Numbered from the whole stretch's first letter, positions 25,037-38,616 are shown. The stretch: DNA of 62,957 bases, filler included, from Chiloscyllium plagiosum (GCF_004010195.1; 5 parts of one record of this genome joined end to end with filler, not necessarily neighbours in it); one strand, 5' to 3'. Numbers and translations: made by a program. The notes: a model not told the origin generated them from the letters alone.

Positions 25037-25508
25037 TTCTGGATCAGTGGTGCTGGAAGAGCACAGCAGTTCAGGCAGCATCCGAAAAGCTTCGAAATCG
25101 ACGTTTCGGGCAAAAGCCCTTCATCAGGAATAAAGGCAGAGAGCCTGAAGCGTGGAGAGATAAGCTAGAGGAGGGTGGGGNNNNNNNNNNNNNNNNNNNN
25201 NNNNNNNNNNNNNNNNNNNNNNNNTTAATTAATTAANNNNNNNNNNNNNNNNNNNNNNNNNNNNNNNNNNNNNNNNNNNNCCACTCCACCCTCTCCTCCC
25301 TGACCTATCACCTTCATCCTCTCCCCCACTCACCCATTGTACTCTAAGCTACTTTCTCCCCCCCCCCACCCTCCTCTAGCTTTTCTCTCCACGCTTCAGG
25401 CTCACTGCCTTTATTCCTGATGAAGGGCTTTTGCCCGAAACGTCCATTTCGAAGCTCCTTGGATGCTGCCTGAACTGCTGTGCTCTTCCAGCACCACTAA
25501 CCCAGAAA
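25037..25508. mobile_element. PLE termini in inverted orientation on either side of a gap, each with a hammerhead core
   Basis: Minus-strand attcCTGATGAagggcttttgcccGAAACGTCgatt at about 25095-25131 and a plus copy at about 25413-25450. Confidence 0.85.
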
Positions 25509-25509
25509 C

Positions 25510-25740
25510 AGCATAACCTTGTTAAAGGAGCAGCATCAAGGTGAGGGATCAATGCTCGATTCATAGGAAACACATGACAGCCTGTTAACAACAATACCAG
25601 GCATACCTGAAAGTGAGTCACAAACCCGTGAAGCTACAACACAGGATCAAGAGCTTGCTAAATAGTGGAAATAGCATGTAATAGATAGAAAAATGTGATT
25701 CCACAAATGCAAGTTTAAAAGCTCTGCATTTCTGCCACAA
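25510..25740 (+). mobile_element. L2/CR1-group LINE fragment, continued at about 28835-29250
   Basis: caataccaggcatacctgaaagtgag...gaagctacaacacagga; resumes after the CR1 insertion with ataattaaacaa...gctccacaaacattcttatcctc. Confidence 0.65.
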
Positions 25741-26013
25741 AGTCATAGTGTCATAGAGAACAGAATCAGACCTTTCAGCCCAACTCATCCTTGCCAACAA
25801 GATTTCCCAAACTGAACAAGTTCCATTTGCCTGTAATTGGCCCATATCCCTCTAGACCTTTCCTACATATCCAAATGTCCAAATGTCTTTTAAATATTGT
25901 AATTGTATTCACCTCTAACATTTCCTCTGGCAGCCTGTTCCATATATGCACCACCCTCTATGTGAAAAGTTGCCCCTTAAGTCCCTTTTAAATCTTTCCC
26001 CTCTCACCTTAAA

Positions 26014-26349
26014 CTTGCTACCTCATATTGCCAGGGACCCAGGTTCGATTCCACTCTCAGGCAATTATCTGTGTGGAGTTTGCAGTTTCTCCCCATGTCT
26101 GCATGGTTTTCCATTGGGTGCTCTGGTTTCCTTCCATAGTCCAAAAACGTGCAGATTAAGTGGATTGGCCATGCTAAATTGCCCATCGTGTCCAGGGATT
26201 TGCAGACTAGGTGGATTAGCCATGGGAAATACAGGGTTACAGGGATAGGGTGGGACGACATGGGTCTGCGTGGAATGCTGTTCAGAGGGTTGGTGTGGAC
26301 TCAAAAGACCAATGGCCTGCTTCCACACTGTAAGGATTCTATAATAATG
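26014..26349 (+). mobile_element. HE1-type V-SINE (5' truncated)
   Basis: B-box ccagggacccaggttcgattcc, V-domain and tail ttccacactgtaaggattctat. Confidence 0.9.
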
Positions 26350-26415
26350 CTATGCCGCATGGGTTTGGACTTCTCTATCTTGGGGAAAAGACCTTGGCTA
26401 TTCATCTTATTTATG

Positions 26416-28089
26416 ACTTGGAGGTGCCGGTGTTGGACTGGGGTGTACAAAGTTAAAAATCACACAACACTGGTTATATTCCAACAGGTTTAATTGGAAG
26501 CACTAGCTTTTGGAGCACTGCTCCTTCATCAGGTGGTTATGGAGTATAAGATTGTAAGACACAGAATTTATCACAAACGTTTACAGTGTGATGTAACCGA
26601 AATTATATATTGAAAAAGACCTGGATTGTGTGTTAGGTCTCCCATGGTCTTCAGAATGACCATGTTGTTTCCATTCTTTCATATGTAGATCGCAAAACCT
26701 TTTTTAAAAAAGTTGCATTCTCAAGTGAACTTTAATAATTGGTGTCTGTCAGCCCAGATAATGTATTGAAGCTGTGAGTTCCCCTGTGTGATACTATCTG
26801 TGCCATAATGTTTAGACTGATCCTAATCGAAAAAATGAATTTACAGAATCTTACATGGATTCATACAGTTTTTGAGCGAAGTAAAATGTAATTCTGCAAG
26901 TAAAAATTCACCCCACAAATGTGTGTGTGTGCGCGTGTGCGGTGGTGGGGATGTGTTGTGAGTGGGTGCATGTGTGTGAATGTGAGTATAAATGGGTACA
27001 AGTCTGTGAGAGGGTGCATGTGTGTGCGTATGTATCTGTGTGTGTGTGTAGGAGGGTGTGTGTATGTGTATAGTGCAATGGTGGTCACCTGTAGTGTGAC
27101 ATGAACCCAAGGTCCCAGTTGAGGCCATCCCCATGGGTACTGAACTTGGCTATCAACCTCTGCTTGGCCACTTTTCTTTGCTGCCTGTTCCGAAGTCTGC
27201 CTTGGAGGCTGGTCACCCAAAGGTCTGAGGTCGAATGTTCCAGACCGCTGAAGTGTTCTCCGACTAGGAGGGAACAATCTTGTCTGTTGATTGTTGTGTG
27301 TGCCCATTCATCCGTTGCCGTAACAACAATCAACAGACAGGAGTGTTCCCTCCCAGTCGAAGAACACTTCAGCAGTCTGGGACATTTGACCTCGGATTTT
27401 CAGGTGACCATCCTCCAAGGCGGACTTTGGGATAGGCAGCCATGAAAAGTGGCCAAGCAGGGGTTGATAGCCAAGTTTGGTACCCATGGGGATGACCTCA
27501 ACTGGGATCTTGGGTTCATGTCTCATGTCACACTACAGGTGACCCCATTGCACTATACACCACACAGACATTCTTACACACACACATGCACACATGCGCA
27601 TACACACACCCACATGCATGCATACACATATAAGTTTGTAGGGTGAATTTGTACTTGCAGAGTTACATTTTATTTCGCTCAAAAACAGCATGAATCCATG
27701 TAAGCTTCTGTAAATTCATTTTTTTTTAGATTAGAATCAGTCCAAACATTGTGGCACAGACAGTATCACACAGGGAGCTACACCGTCAATACATTATATG
27801 GGCTGACAGACAACAATTGTTAAAGTTCACTTGAGAATGTAACTTTTAAAAAAAGTTTTGTGACTTATATATGAAAGAACTGAAACTAACATGGACATTC
27901 TAACAGATGAGAGACTTAACAAACAATCCAGGTTACATCACACTGTAAACGTTTGCTATAAATTCTGTGTCTTACAATCTTATACTCCACAACCACCTGA
28001 TGAAGGAGCATTTCAGTGCTCTGAAAGCTAATGCTTCCAATTAAACATGTTGGACTATAAACTGACGTTGTAAGATCTTTAACTTTGTA
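26416..28089. mobile_element. Large fold-back Penelope-like element
   Basis: Arms of about 800-900 bp inverted and meeting near 27322; both encode the GIY-YIG tail VGEHFS...QRLIAKF.THGDGLNWDLGFMSHY; 13-bp TSD catcttatttatg at 26403-26415 and 28090-28102. Confidence 0.92.
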
Positions 28090-31000
28090 CATCTTATTTA
28101 TGCCCTTCATGATTTTATAAACCTCTATAAAGTCAGTCCTCAGCCTCCTACGCTCCAACATCTGTTTATAACTTAAATCTTCCAGTCTCAGTGACATCCC
28201 TGCAAATCCTTTTTGCACCCTTTCTAGTTTCATAACTTCCTTCCTCTCGTCGGGTGACCAGAATTGGGCATGGTACGCCAAATATAGCCTTACCAATGAC
28301 TTGTACAGCTGTAACATGACATCCCAACTCCAGTACTGAGTGCTCTAACTGATGAAGGCAAATGTGCCAGGTACTTTCTTCAGTATCCTGACTACCTGTG
28401 ACACCACTTTCAAGGAACTATATACCTGCATTCTTAGGTCTCTCTGTTTGACGACAATCCCCAGGACTGTACCATTAGCTAAGAAAGTCCTGCCCTGGTT
28501 TGTCTTGCCAAAATGTAAAAGCTTGCATTTATCTGCACTAAACTTCATCTGTCATTCCTCGACCCAGTGGCCCAGTTGATCAAGATCCCATTGTACTTCT
28601 TCACTGACCACTATATCACCATTTTGGTGTCATCCACAAACTTACTAACCATGTCTCCTAAATTCTCATCCAAATTGTTAAAAAATTATGAATAACAATG
28701 GACCTGGTACAAACTTTGTGGCACACCTCTGGTCACAGGCCCCTAGTCTAAACAACAACCCTCCACCATCACCCTGTGTCTCCGACCATCAAGTCAATTT
28801 TGTATCCAATTACTTCTCCCTAGGTCCCATAATTTTAAGTTATGGTGAATAATTAAACAAATAATTAGAAGTGGATGCTCCACAAACATTCTTATCCTCA
28901 ATTATCCATGAGCATAGAACAGTAGTGCAAAAGATAAGGCTGATGCATCTGTAACCATCATCAGTTAAATACATCACTTGTCTGATTCATCTTAGTCTTT
29001 GCCAGAACCTTTCAGCATCGCAGGTGACAATCTCAATTAAATGGATTCACTCTGTGTGATATCAAGAAAAAGCTAGAAGCACCAAATACTGCAAAACTTG
29101 TTCCAGGAGATTGACAGGGTAGTCTCCTCGGCTCAAAAAATATTCAATTGCTTCATCACTGAGCTTCCCTCCAACATAATGTCAATAGTGGGATTGTTTG
29201 CAGTTGATCTCACTGTTCACTATGATTTGTAACCTCTCATATACTGAAGTTTCCCTTTAATGGCCTCCTCTCCAATGAATCTAAAAGTTCACACCCCTCT
29301 CTTGATTCTTGATAAAGACGACTTCCTCAAATGCATTTGTAAACTTTGAAGTCATTTGTTTCCTGTCCTCGCTTGTGCCCAGTGACATCAGGTCCAATAC
29401 AGTACTACAGGCAATTAAAGAGAGGGGCAGCAAATAGCTGCTTGGTCTCCAAACCCTACTGTGCTAGTGATGGAAATCAAAGATGGAATCAATAGCAAAT
29501 AGAAGATGTATTACACGCATGATCACAAAGACATTACACGCATGATCACAAAGGTTCTAAGGAGTGACTTGAAAGAGGAGACGGGAGTTATAAAGAGGTA
29601 GCCAAAGTCATGAAAGGAGTCATGAACTTTGGGCCTACGCAGTTTACCATCAATGGTGAAGTGAATTCATGATGTTCAAGAAGCTAGAATTAGAGAACAA
29701 AGGGATATCAGAAGCTTATATAGCTGGTAGAGATCACAGAGGTAGAAGGAGGGGAGGCTTGGAAGGAACTGAAGATAACAGTGAGAAGTTCTATGCCAGT
29801 CAAGAAGCCTCCATAGTCAATGAACATCAGGATGATGGTGATTCCACTTGGTGTGAGTTAGGACATGATGTGGAAAAAATAACCCACAATTTCCATTTAG
29901 TTTTGCTTAAAGAATTTCTATGTAATGATAAAGTCATTGATTATTTCCTTTCAGTCTAAACATTTCCCAATATTGAACCAATCAATGTTTCTTAAATTCT
30001 CACTGAAAATGACAAGTATTAGCATGACTGTCAGTAATATCATTTTTTAGGTGATTATGCCTCAATGTATTGACCTGATGTGTGAATAGAATGCTGCGTT
30101 AGTCAGACAAGTGGAACAGCACTATGCAAATATCACACCTGTAATTGCAACAACAAATAATGATAGGTGCTTGACGCGTGTTTGTCTTCCACGAGATGGC
30201 TGCTACCATGAGGACCACAGGGAGACATTGAGCTGGTGAGGATGCACTCAAGGAAAGTCAAACATTATCTGTTTGCTCTATCTTCCCTGTATTTAAAAAA
30301 AAATGGGTTACACTGGCAAGTGCACAGCTTGGGGACTGAATATCACTTCACGTAAAAATGCATAATAGGGATGGGTTTTCCTCTTATTGGAAGCTTAACT
30401 GTCACACGACCTTGAATGGAAAGAACTATCAAATCAGTTAAGATGGTCAAAGCATGTATTTTCAACTTTCTCTCATCAATCTTGGGAACAAAGCCTCTCA
30501 TGTTGAATTGAATCTCTTCTGTGTAAAGTTCCTGAATTCAGAGACTGAGACCCTTTGCCTTCCAGGATTTTGAACTGATCTGTTGCCAACAGTGACACAA
30601 ACACCAGGAATTGAACCTTATTAATTGAGCCCAACACTAGCTGAGATTTGGGTTCAGGAAGGAAAGCTATACACTACTCAAGACGTTTGATACTATGAAT
30701 GACTCAAAGTAGAATAGTTCACTGCTCTTGCCACTTTCCAGGTTAGCTCAGTAGATGTGGCTCAGTCTGAGTGATAAGAGGGTTAATACTAGCTGCTTTT
30801 GGCTTTCAAGCTTGATACAAAATAGACTTTTGGGGGGGATTTTTGATATGATAGTCGGGGATCTGAACGTGTAAGTTAAGGGGCAATCAATAATGCAGTT
30901 CCAATTGTATAATCAATGACTGTTCTCTCACCTATTAGTGTTGATAATTTTGCTTTAAGCGTATGTAAGTTCGGTATTATGTATACAATTACTGCATCTG

Positions 31001-32664
31001 TATATGATGGAAATTATTACAATATCTTAAGGTCATGAAGGCATACTTGAATTCACGGCTGGGTGAAGGAATTATACGTCTGTCAGGCATAGATTTTTGT
31101 AGGGGGTATAGATGTCAATTTTATTCTCAGCATTCATAGCTTTATTCACCAGCCCACCCTGCCAAAGCCCTGCAACTGTTTGCACAGCTGTGCTTCTGGC
31201 TGTGGGAGTCCTAGGAATCCCACGAGCCTTCAGTTCCTCTGACCCCTTCACCGTTACCAGTGCACACACGCACATTGAACTAAATTAGAGGGAAACTGTC
31301 TGACTAGCAGGTTAGTCCAGAGCAATCCAGGGACCTGTTTATTTTCTTTGCTGAATTCCCTCTTGTTACACTGAATAAACTGGTCAATTTATATGTGCTC
31401 CAGAATCATTCTTTTTGAGCTTTGTCATTTTATGAATGGAAAGAAAAAAAGGATTGAACTCATTTGTTATTTTTTATTGCAAGTGTATACATTTGTTGAA
31501 GTTTGGCATGCCAAAGAACAAAGCTAGCAATGCCAAATTCTGAAGTAATGCTGTGAAATTATTCATTTGATTTCTACCAGAAGAACAGAGGGTCTATTCA
31601 ATACTCACATATTGACCTTCTAGGTACTTGTGAAGTGCTTTCTCCACCAACCACTGAAAAAGCAGTCTAATAGAGCATACATCAAATCAAACGCTGCCAA
31701 TTTCCTATGCTTAGGTCTAGCAAAAATATTTAGATTGCAAGCTAAGGGATGGGGGTTGGGTCGGGGGTTTGAGAGCTGGAGAGTGAGCAGAGAAAGCTCA
31801 AGTGACTTGCACACCAGGTTCAGAAAATGCTTTTGTACCAGTTGAATCAGACTTCAGCTATGCACAATGTTAATATTAAGATTACAGTTAATTATGCATA
31901 ACTTTGATTAGGAATGTTAATGATTGAAGTTGAAAGTTGTTAATATTTAAAAAAAGACTACATCGATGGCTGAAATAAAAGGGAAATGAGGCTAAGGTAT
32001 AAAAATGAGATTAGGACTACTGCCCATGTGGAGGATAAGCATCAACATGGATTGCTTGACTCTGTTACCATGTTGTGACCTCTGTGTAGATAACTGAAGA
32101 CATTATCATTATAGTTGCCGATTTGAGCTGGTATCTTATTGGAGCAACACAGCTAGCATGCTGGAGCTTTAGGGCTAGGTCTTGCAGTGGTTAACACTGG
32201 ATTTATGGTTCACCCCAGTGACCCCACCATTGTCCCAGTGCTGCTTCCTACATTGGGAAATTTGATATTCGTAATGGATTCTTGGTGGCATATCTGCCAA
32301 AAAGCAGAAGGCCTTGGATCAAGCTGCCATATTTTGGGAATAGAATTGGAACAGTATAAGAGACAGGAACCACAATAAAGGAGCAGAAATACACTGGACA
32401 AACTGTTACTCTTAGTTAAGACGAAGGCCTTTGGTAAATAAAGGTAATGTGGAAGAGAAAATGTAAAATTGAAGAACATAGGACCATTAAAGGACCCACT
32501 CCCACCTGGATTCTTCCTGTCACTACTTCTCAGACCATTCCCAGGCTATTCTTGGCAGGAACAGAGGTAGTAGGCAGGAGTAGGCACTGATAGTCTTGCA
32601 GAAGGAAGTGAGAGAAAATGAGGTTTGAATGGAGGTTGTTTTCACTGCTTGATTTCTCCTGCAG

Positions 32665-33002
32665 AGGCAGGGACAGACTAATGGAAGGAAAAGCTTTATA
32701 CTGTGCACTCTTTGATCAGTCAGACGTTCCTGAGACCAGATTATTGGCTGACATTGACTTTATAAGAGAATGTTCACATTTTAATAGAGGGATGAGTTTG
32801 ATTAACTATATAGTTTCCCTCATTTTGGGGACATTTATGTGTGTGGATTTGGATCAAGATGGGATTAGGCTTGGCTATGTTGCAAGTTATTTACATAGCC
32901 TTTCACCACTCACTATGAAGGCTCATGTACAATACCAGCAAGGTCATTTATCATATAGGAAACACATTACAATGGAATTATATCTGTACAAGGAGCATTC
33001 AG
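32665..33002 (+). CDS. Putative internal exon of an unidentified (possibly decayed) gene
   Basis: Acceptor tttctcctgcAG, 112 open codons in non-repetitive DNA, donor cag|GTgagg; phase matches an acceptor at 33133 (HSG-WFKYAAMLLERYL). Confidence 0.35.
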
Positions 33003-33461
33003 GTGAGGAGAAAATTGACACGGGCAATCATTAATGAATTAAATTGTTTAAGCCGATACACTTGCATATTTAAAAAATAGCTGAAGTGCAAAGAAACACC
33101 CTTTTAATTAGGAAGGTTACAATTTTATCAAAGGCTGGTTCAAGTACGCTGCCATGTTGCTAGAAAGGTATCTGAGCAAGTTACTTCACTGTTAATTCTC
33201 TTCGTCCAGGAAGTGGATTCTGCTGTCTCTACTTGTATGGCTCTCTCATATTTATCCAATGCCTCCTCACCTGATGATCCCTGTTCTTGTTTCAGTACCA
33301 ACTCAAATTCTTTGCATTTATAATGAGTGTAACAAATATATAATGACACTGTCCAGCCTTTCCAGACCATTTTGTAGGGAGCCCTTACTAACAACCACCT
33401 TCAATCCCAAGAGTGATTAAGGCACGTAATATTATTTAGAAGTACCAATGTTATAGTTCAC

Positions 33462-33525
33462 AGGTTGGAACAACATCGAGGGCCGAAGGGCCTGTTCTGT
33501 GCTGTATTGTTCTATGTTCTATGTT
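33462..33525 (+). mobile_element. CR1 3' tail fragment
   Basis: caacatcgagggccgaagggcctgttctgtgctgtattgttctatgttctatg. Confidence 0.85.
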
Positions 33526-34176
33526 ATACATGTCTATTGCGTTTGTGGTGGCTCAATGATTTTCTTTGTACCTATGTAGAACGATTTCACCAGCCATATT
33601 AAATGTAATTTTGTTTAGTAATGATTTGCCCTTTTGAAATATTTCAGAGGAAAAATGACTAAATATGGATTGCTACCATGGATCATGCTTGCCTCCATAA
33701 GAGGAGACCACCATGTTTCCAGTGCCCCAAATGACTGAACCTTTATTGTAGTGAGGTAGATGCAAGATGGAGTTTGGACTGCCACCTTTGGCTACAAACT
33801 AGAGGCAAACATATTGCTTTCTGAATGGTGAGGAGCATCATTTAAAAAAAAAACTCACCTTGGTTCTCTGGGACTTCATCCCAGTTGTTTTATTAAACAT
33901 TGAGCCCTCATTTCTCATACCTTCTCATCTCTGATCTGCTGTCCATGCCCCCACACATCCCCATGGCTCCTCAGGTGCCACATCATTTCAACTCATGGCT
34001 ATCCCCACCAACTTTATCTTTATTTTCTCTCTGCCAATTCACCTAGAATGCACCATGGAAAGACCTTAGGATACAAACTGAGATTAAAATAAAATTATAA
34101 ATGTCTATTACAGAGTTCTCTATAATAAATAAAACTTACATTCAATGATATCCATTCCATACATCTAAATCCTGTA

Positions 34177-34399
34177 CTGGCAGTCCCCAAGTTATGAACG
34201 GGTTCCATTCTGAAGTCTGTTCGCAAGTTAATTTGTTCGCGAGTGGGAACACAATGCAGGACAATGGAAAGCAGCCATTCGTAAGTACAGGAAATGTTTC
34301 TACAGTATATGGGGTCTCTAAATTTTAAAACAACATATAGGATAACATTCATAAGTAACAGCATTCATAAGTCCTACGTTAGTAAATTAGGGGCCCCTG
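34177..34399. mobile_element. Tigger/pogo-type MITE
   Basis: TA flanks; imperfect TIRs ctggcagtccccaagttatgaacg and cgttagtaaattaggggcccctg. Confidence 0.7.
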
Positions 34400-34516
34400 T
34401 AAAAATGCATATTTGTATTTGTCATCAAACATCAAAGACATCAAAAAAATCCTTTTATAATCTTTTAAGTTGTCAACTGAACTGTGAATTTGTAGCTCCC
34501 TACTATGATATAACTA

Positions 34517-34751
34517 TGATTTGGAGATGCCGTTGTTGGACTGGGGTGTACAAAGTTAAAAATCACGCAACACCAGGTTATAGTCCAACAGGTTTACTTA
34601 GAAGCACACTAGCTTTCGGAGCATCGCTCCTCCATCAGGTGATAGCATTGAGTCCTCCACTATCACCTGATGAAGGAGCGATGCTCCGAAAGCTAGTGTG
34701 CTTCCAAGTAAACCTGTTGGACTATAACCTGGTGTTGTGTGATTTTTAACC
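34517..34751. mobile_element. Non-coding mini fold-back PLE derivative with two opposed hammerhead motifs
   Basis: 91-bp arms at 34555-34645 and 34660-34750 with a 14-nt spacer; TSD atgatataacta at 34505-34516 and 34752-34763. Confidence 0.92.
34664..34698 (+). ncRNA. Minimal hammerhead ribozyme (PLE type)
   Basis: cac CUGAUGA a ggagc-gau-gcucc GAAAG CUA gug: intact core, stem II, palindromic AGCU and stem I cac/gug. Confidence 0.8.
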
Positions 34752-35789
34752 ATGATATAACTAGGTTGTGGAGACCAGGCAAATGTTAATCATTTCATAA
34801 TGATAGCTCTTAGAGTCATGTCAGCAAACCAGCCCTCAAATTGTTGGAAGAGATTATTTTCCAATTGTCCGACGAATGCAGGCATTTTATTTTCCAACTT
34901 TGAAAAGACTGCTCATTTAAGTAACACAAAATCTGACAATCCTACAGGTTTTATATATCCTTTGAGAGCATTCATAAATGTTCTAAAGATTCATAAACCC
35001 TGAATGCAGGATAAGGCCCATGCTCCAATGAAAATGGAGTCTGGTCGTGCTGAGGTCAAGTTTTCCACATTTGGTAAATATGCCATGTCTCCACACCTCC
35101 TCCCCGACCCTCGCTCTCCCACCAGCAAGAATAACTTCTGCTAGACATGGGAGAAGGTCATCTGGATCCATGGTGCATCTATCACTTTGGATATGTCACT
35201 GAGTTTTCACATCCCTGGGAAAATCCAGCCTACAGTGTTGTAGGGTGTTTTGCTGATTCTGTCCCTCTGGCTCATTTGCTTTCTTCTACTTCTTGAGCCA
35301 ATGAAACAGCAGAAAAGAAAATATCTTCAAACGCATGTAGCTGCACACCTTTCGGAAAATTACTGACAGAACATTGTACACAATGCTCTGCCAGTGGTCC
35401 TCATTGGAACTGTTGTCTCTTGACTTGAAATATGCATAATGTAAATGTAACAATATATATTACATTTGGCATATATGTATACACATATATAAAAGGTTGA
35501 TACAAAATGAATTCTATAAAAATGCCTTGTACAAGACCTCATGTAAATGCTAGAGTGATCATAAAACTGTGAATAATATTGTGCTTATTCTTAAGAAGAA
35601 TATTTTCCTCAATATTTTATGCTTGATGAAATTGATAGAAAATGTGACAGCAACATGACAGGAAATGTAACAGTGGGGCAGATTCAAGCAAACATTCATG
35701 CATTTTATGGTTAAGGTTAGCAGTTGGAAAGATTACCTAGATTTACAACTGTGAATGTGAACAACAATAAAGAAGCCTTTCTTTAATTA

Positions 35790-35960
35790 TTCACTCAAGT
35801 AATATGGGTATCTCTGAATGGTCCAGCATTTATTTCTCATCCTTAATCGCCCTAAAGAAGGTAGTGGTGAGCTACCTTCCTGAACCACTGTAGGCCATTT
35901 GGTGTAGATATGCCTGCAATGCCATGAGGGAGAGAGTTCCAGGATTTTGACACAGTTTGC
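35790..35960 (-). mobile_element. L2/CR1-group LINE 3' tail
   Basis: ccagcatttatttctcatccttaat...gagagttccaggattttgac is the reverse complement of the 13050-13240 tail. Confidence 0.7.
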
Positions 35961-36427
35961 TACATATTGTACGCATGCCTTGGGTGCTGTTCTCAGTCCA
36001 AAAATAAAATCACCTGCTTCAATATATGGGGTCGCAGCTAAAATTTCTCTAGCATAAGCCATTGCCTCTAGTTATGCTTTCTGTCTATGTTTTACATTGT
36101 TGGATACGTCTGCCCACTTAAATGGAGGAACCTGATGTGACAGAACCTCTTGCCACAGGGGTCTTCTGGCAGGCCACCCAATTGGGATTAAAAAAAACAG
36201 TCTGAAAATTTTGAGGTTTAGGAAAAAAATGTAATGAGAGACAACTCAGTTCCTTCAGTTTTCAATTATAGTTTTAAAATAGGCCAATTAATTTTCATGT
36301 ATCTGCCAGTCTGTGAAGTGAATTTAACCTTTAAACAAGGACAATGGACGTGACCAGTTATTTTCTTTGTTAAGAGGAGTGTTGCAAAGTAGATTAAAAT
36401 GCACCATAAATTATACTTTGTTAATAT

Positions 36428-36719
36428 TTAGATTAGATTACTTACTGTGTGGAAACAGGCCCTTCAGCCCAACAAGTCCACACCAACCCTCCAAAGAGCA
36501 ACCCACCCAGACCCATTCCCCTACAGCTAACACTGGCCAATTCACCTAACCTGCACATTTTTTGGACTGTGAGAGGAAACTGGAGCACCTGGAGGAAACC
36601 CACACAGACCCAGGGAGAATGTACAAACTCCACACAGACAATTGCCTGAGACAGGAATTGAACCCAACTCTCTGGCACTGTGAGGCAGCAGTGCTAACCA
36701 CTGTGCCACCGTGCCACCC
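36428..36719 (-). mobile_element. HE1-type V-SINE
   Basis: Full head (gtgccaccgtgccaccc), V-domain and (ttaga)n tail. Confidence 0.93.
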
Positions 36720-36780
36720 ATGGCAGATCAACAATTTCAATTAGCCTAATCTTACTAGAGTGTTTGTCAATTTACTCCTA

Positions 36781-37015
36781 CCAGTAGCTCAGATGAAAGC
36801 CTCTTTTGAGGTAAAAGTTCATGAGTTGTAGTTCCACTCAGAACTAGAGTGCCAATATCAAGACTGACACTTCAGTGAAGTTGATGTTGGTGGGCTAACT
36901 GTCAGAGGCATGTCTTTTGAATGAATTAAAGCCCAGCATCATCTTCCCTTTCAGATGAACATGAAAGCTCCCATTGTGCAACCTCATACAGGAGTTATTG
37001 CTGATGTCCTGACCA
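36781..37015 (+). mobile_element. Degenerate Deu-domain SINE 5' part
   Basis: tRNA-like head followed by ctgacacttcagtg...ctgtcagaggc...gtcctgacca, the complement of 11483-11910. Confidence 0.55.
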
Positions 37016-37379
37016 GAGTGTGAAATGGGGAAAAGTTGTATTTTGGGTGAGGGGGGTGTGAGGATTGTAAACTGTACAGTTGTTTTATTGGGTCTTTTTT
37101 CTGCTAATGGGACAAAGTATGCAAATCATCAAAGCCGATCATTCTCACAGCCTCTGCAACCAAAAAGCCCGACCACTGCCTCTCACCTCTTTCTGGATGT
37201 GACCAGCCAGATTCCCATTAATACCTATCACAGCAGAATGAAAATGAGAACATCTGGGGTGCTATTTACTAAGTTGGATTTGCAGAGCTGGGAAATTTTG
37301 TGACTCTGCATTGCATTCCTGACTTGAGAGCGAAAATTCAAGCTCTAGTATTTAATGTAAAGCGCAGACTGGGAACTTT

Positions 37380-38616
37380 TAAAAGTTTTTATTATCCTTT
37401 TGGATATGATTGAGTCTCCTCTCCAAAAAAAATTAACAAACAGTGAAATTCACAACTAATCTTGGAGAAACTGTTGGGTGAGGTTCACAGCACAGAATCA
37501 GATAAGTTAATCGTTGTTTTAAGTCTGTCCAAGAGAAAGGCTGCAGTAGTGGGTTGGAGAGACAGATAGAAGCGATGAGGAATTTGCAACAGCAACAGTA
37601 TGTGATGGATGGCAGTTATAGGGTGGAAAGTCTCAGATACAGTCACATAGATGGGTTAACTCCAGGAAGGGTGAGAGAGGTCGGCACCTAGGGTAGGAGT
37701 CTTTTCGGGATATACCCAATTCAAACAGGTATGCTGTTTTTGAAAATGTAGGGGGTGATGGATTCTCAGGGGAATGTAGCACGAACAGCCAAGTTTCTGG
37801 TATTGAGACTGGCTCTAATGCAACGAGGGGTACGTCGGCTTCCAAGAGGTCAATTGTGTTAGGGGATTCTGTAGTCAGAGGTACAGGCAGACGTTTCTGT
37901 GGCCAGTAGAGAAAAAGCAGAATGGTGCCAGGATCAAGGATGTCCCAGAGAGGGTGCAGAATGTCCTCACGGGAGAGAGGGGCCAGCAGGAGGTAATTGT
38001 CCACATTGGAACCAATGACATTGGAAGGGAAAAGGTTGAGACTCTGAAGGGAGATTACTGAGAGTTAAGTAGAAATTTAAAAAGGAGGTCCTCAAGGGTA
38101 GTAATATCTGGATTACTCCCAGTGCTACGAGCTAGTGAGGGCAGGAGTAGGATGATAGAGCAGATGAATGCATGGCTGAGGAGCTGATGTATGGGAGAAG
38201 GATTCACATTTTTGGATCATTGGAATCTCTTTTGGGGTATAAGTGACCTGTACAAGAAGGACGGATTGTACCAAAATTGGAAGGGGACTAATATACTGGC
38301 AGGGAAATTTGCTGGAACTGCTTGGGAGGATTTAAACTAGTAAGGTGGGGGGGGGCGACCCAGGGAGATAGTGAGGAAAGAGATCGATCTGAGACGGGTA
38401 CAGCTGAGAACAGAAGTGAGGCAAACAATCAGGGCAGGCAGGGACAAGGTAGGACTAATAAATTAAACTGCATTTATTTCAATGCAAGGGACCTAACAGG
38501 AAAGGCAGATGAACTCAGGGCATGGTTAGGAACATGGGACTGGGATATCATAGCAATTACGGAAACATGGCTCAGGGATGGGCAGGACTGGCAGCTTAAT
38601 GTTCCAGGATACAAAT
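37380..38616 (+). mobile_element. CR1 5' region: ORF1 SGNH esterase and start of ORF2 APE
   Basis: IVLGDSVVRG...VIVHIGTNDIG...VVISGLLP...LYKKDGL, then CIYFNAR...DIIAITETWL. Confidence 0.92.

Larger units (their letters stand above)
25742..28830 (-). mobile_element. CR1 3' portion split by an HE1 SINE and a PLE
   Basis: Minus-strand MKFSADKCKLLHFGKTNQGR and LQLYKSLVRLYLAYHAQFWSP; sequence resumes in register after each insertion. Confidence 0.9.

Noticed and set aside
25181..25280. TTAATTAATTAA flanked by 44 N on each side, repeated at 38617-38716, 49088-49187 and 54559-54658
   Set aside because: An identical 100-nt pad with stops in all six frames is an artificial contig spacer. Contiguity across these pads is not guaranteed.
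29510..29553. Short tandem duplication of attacacgcatgatcacaaag
   Set aside because: Ordinary two-copy slippage duplication, not an array.
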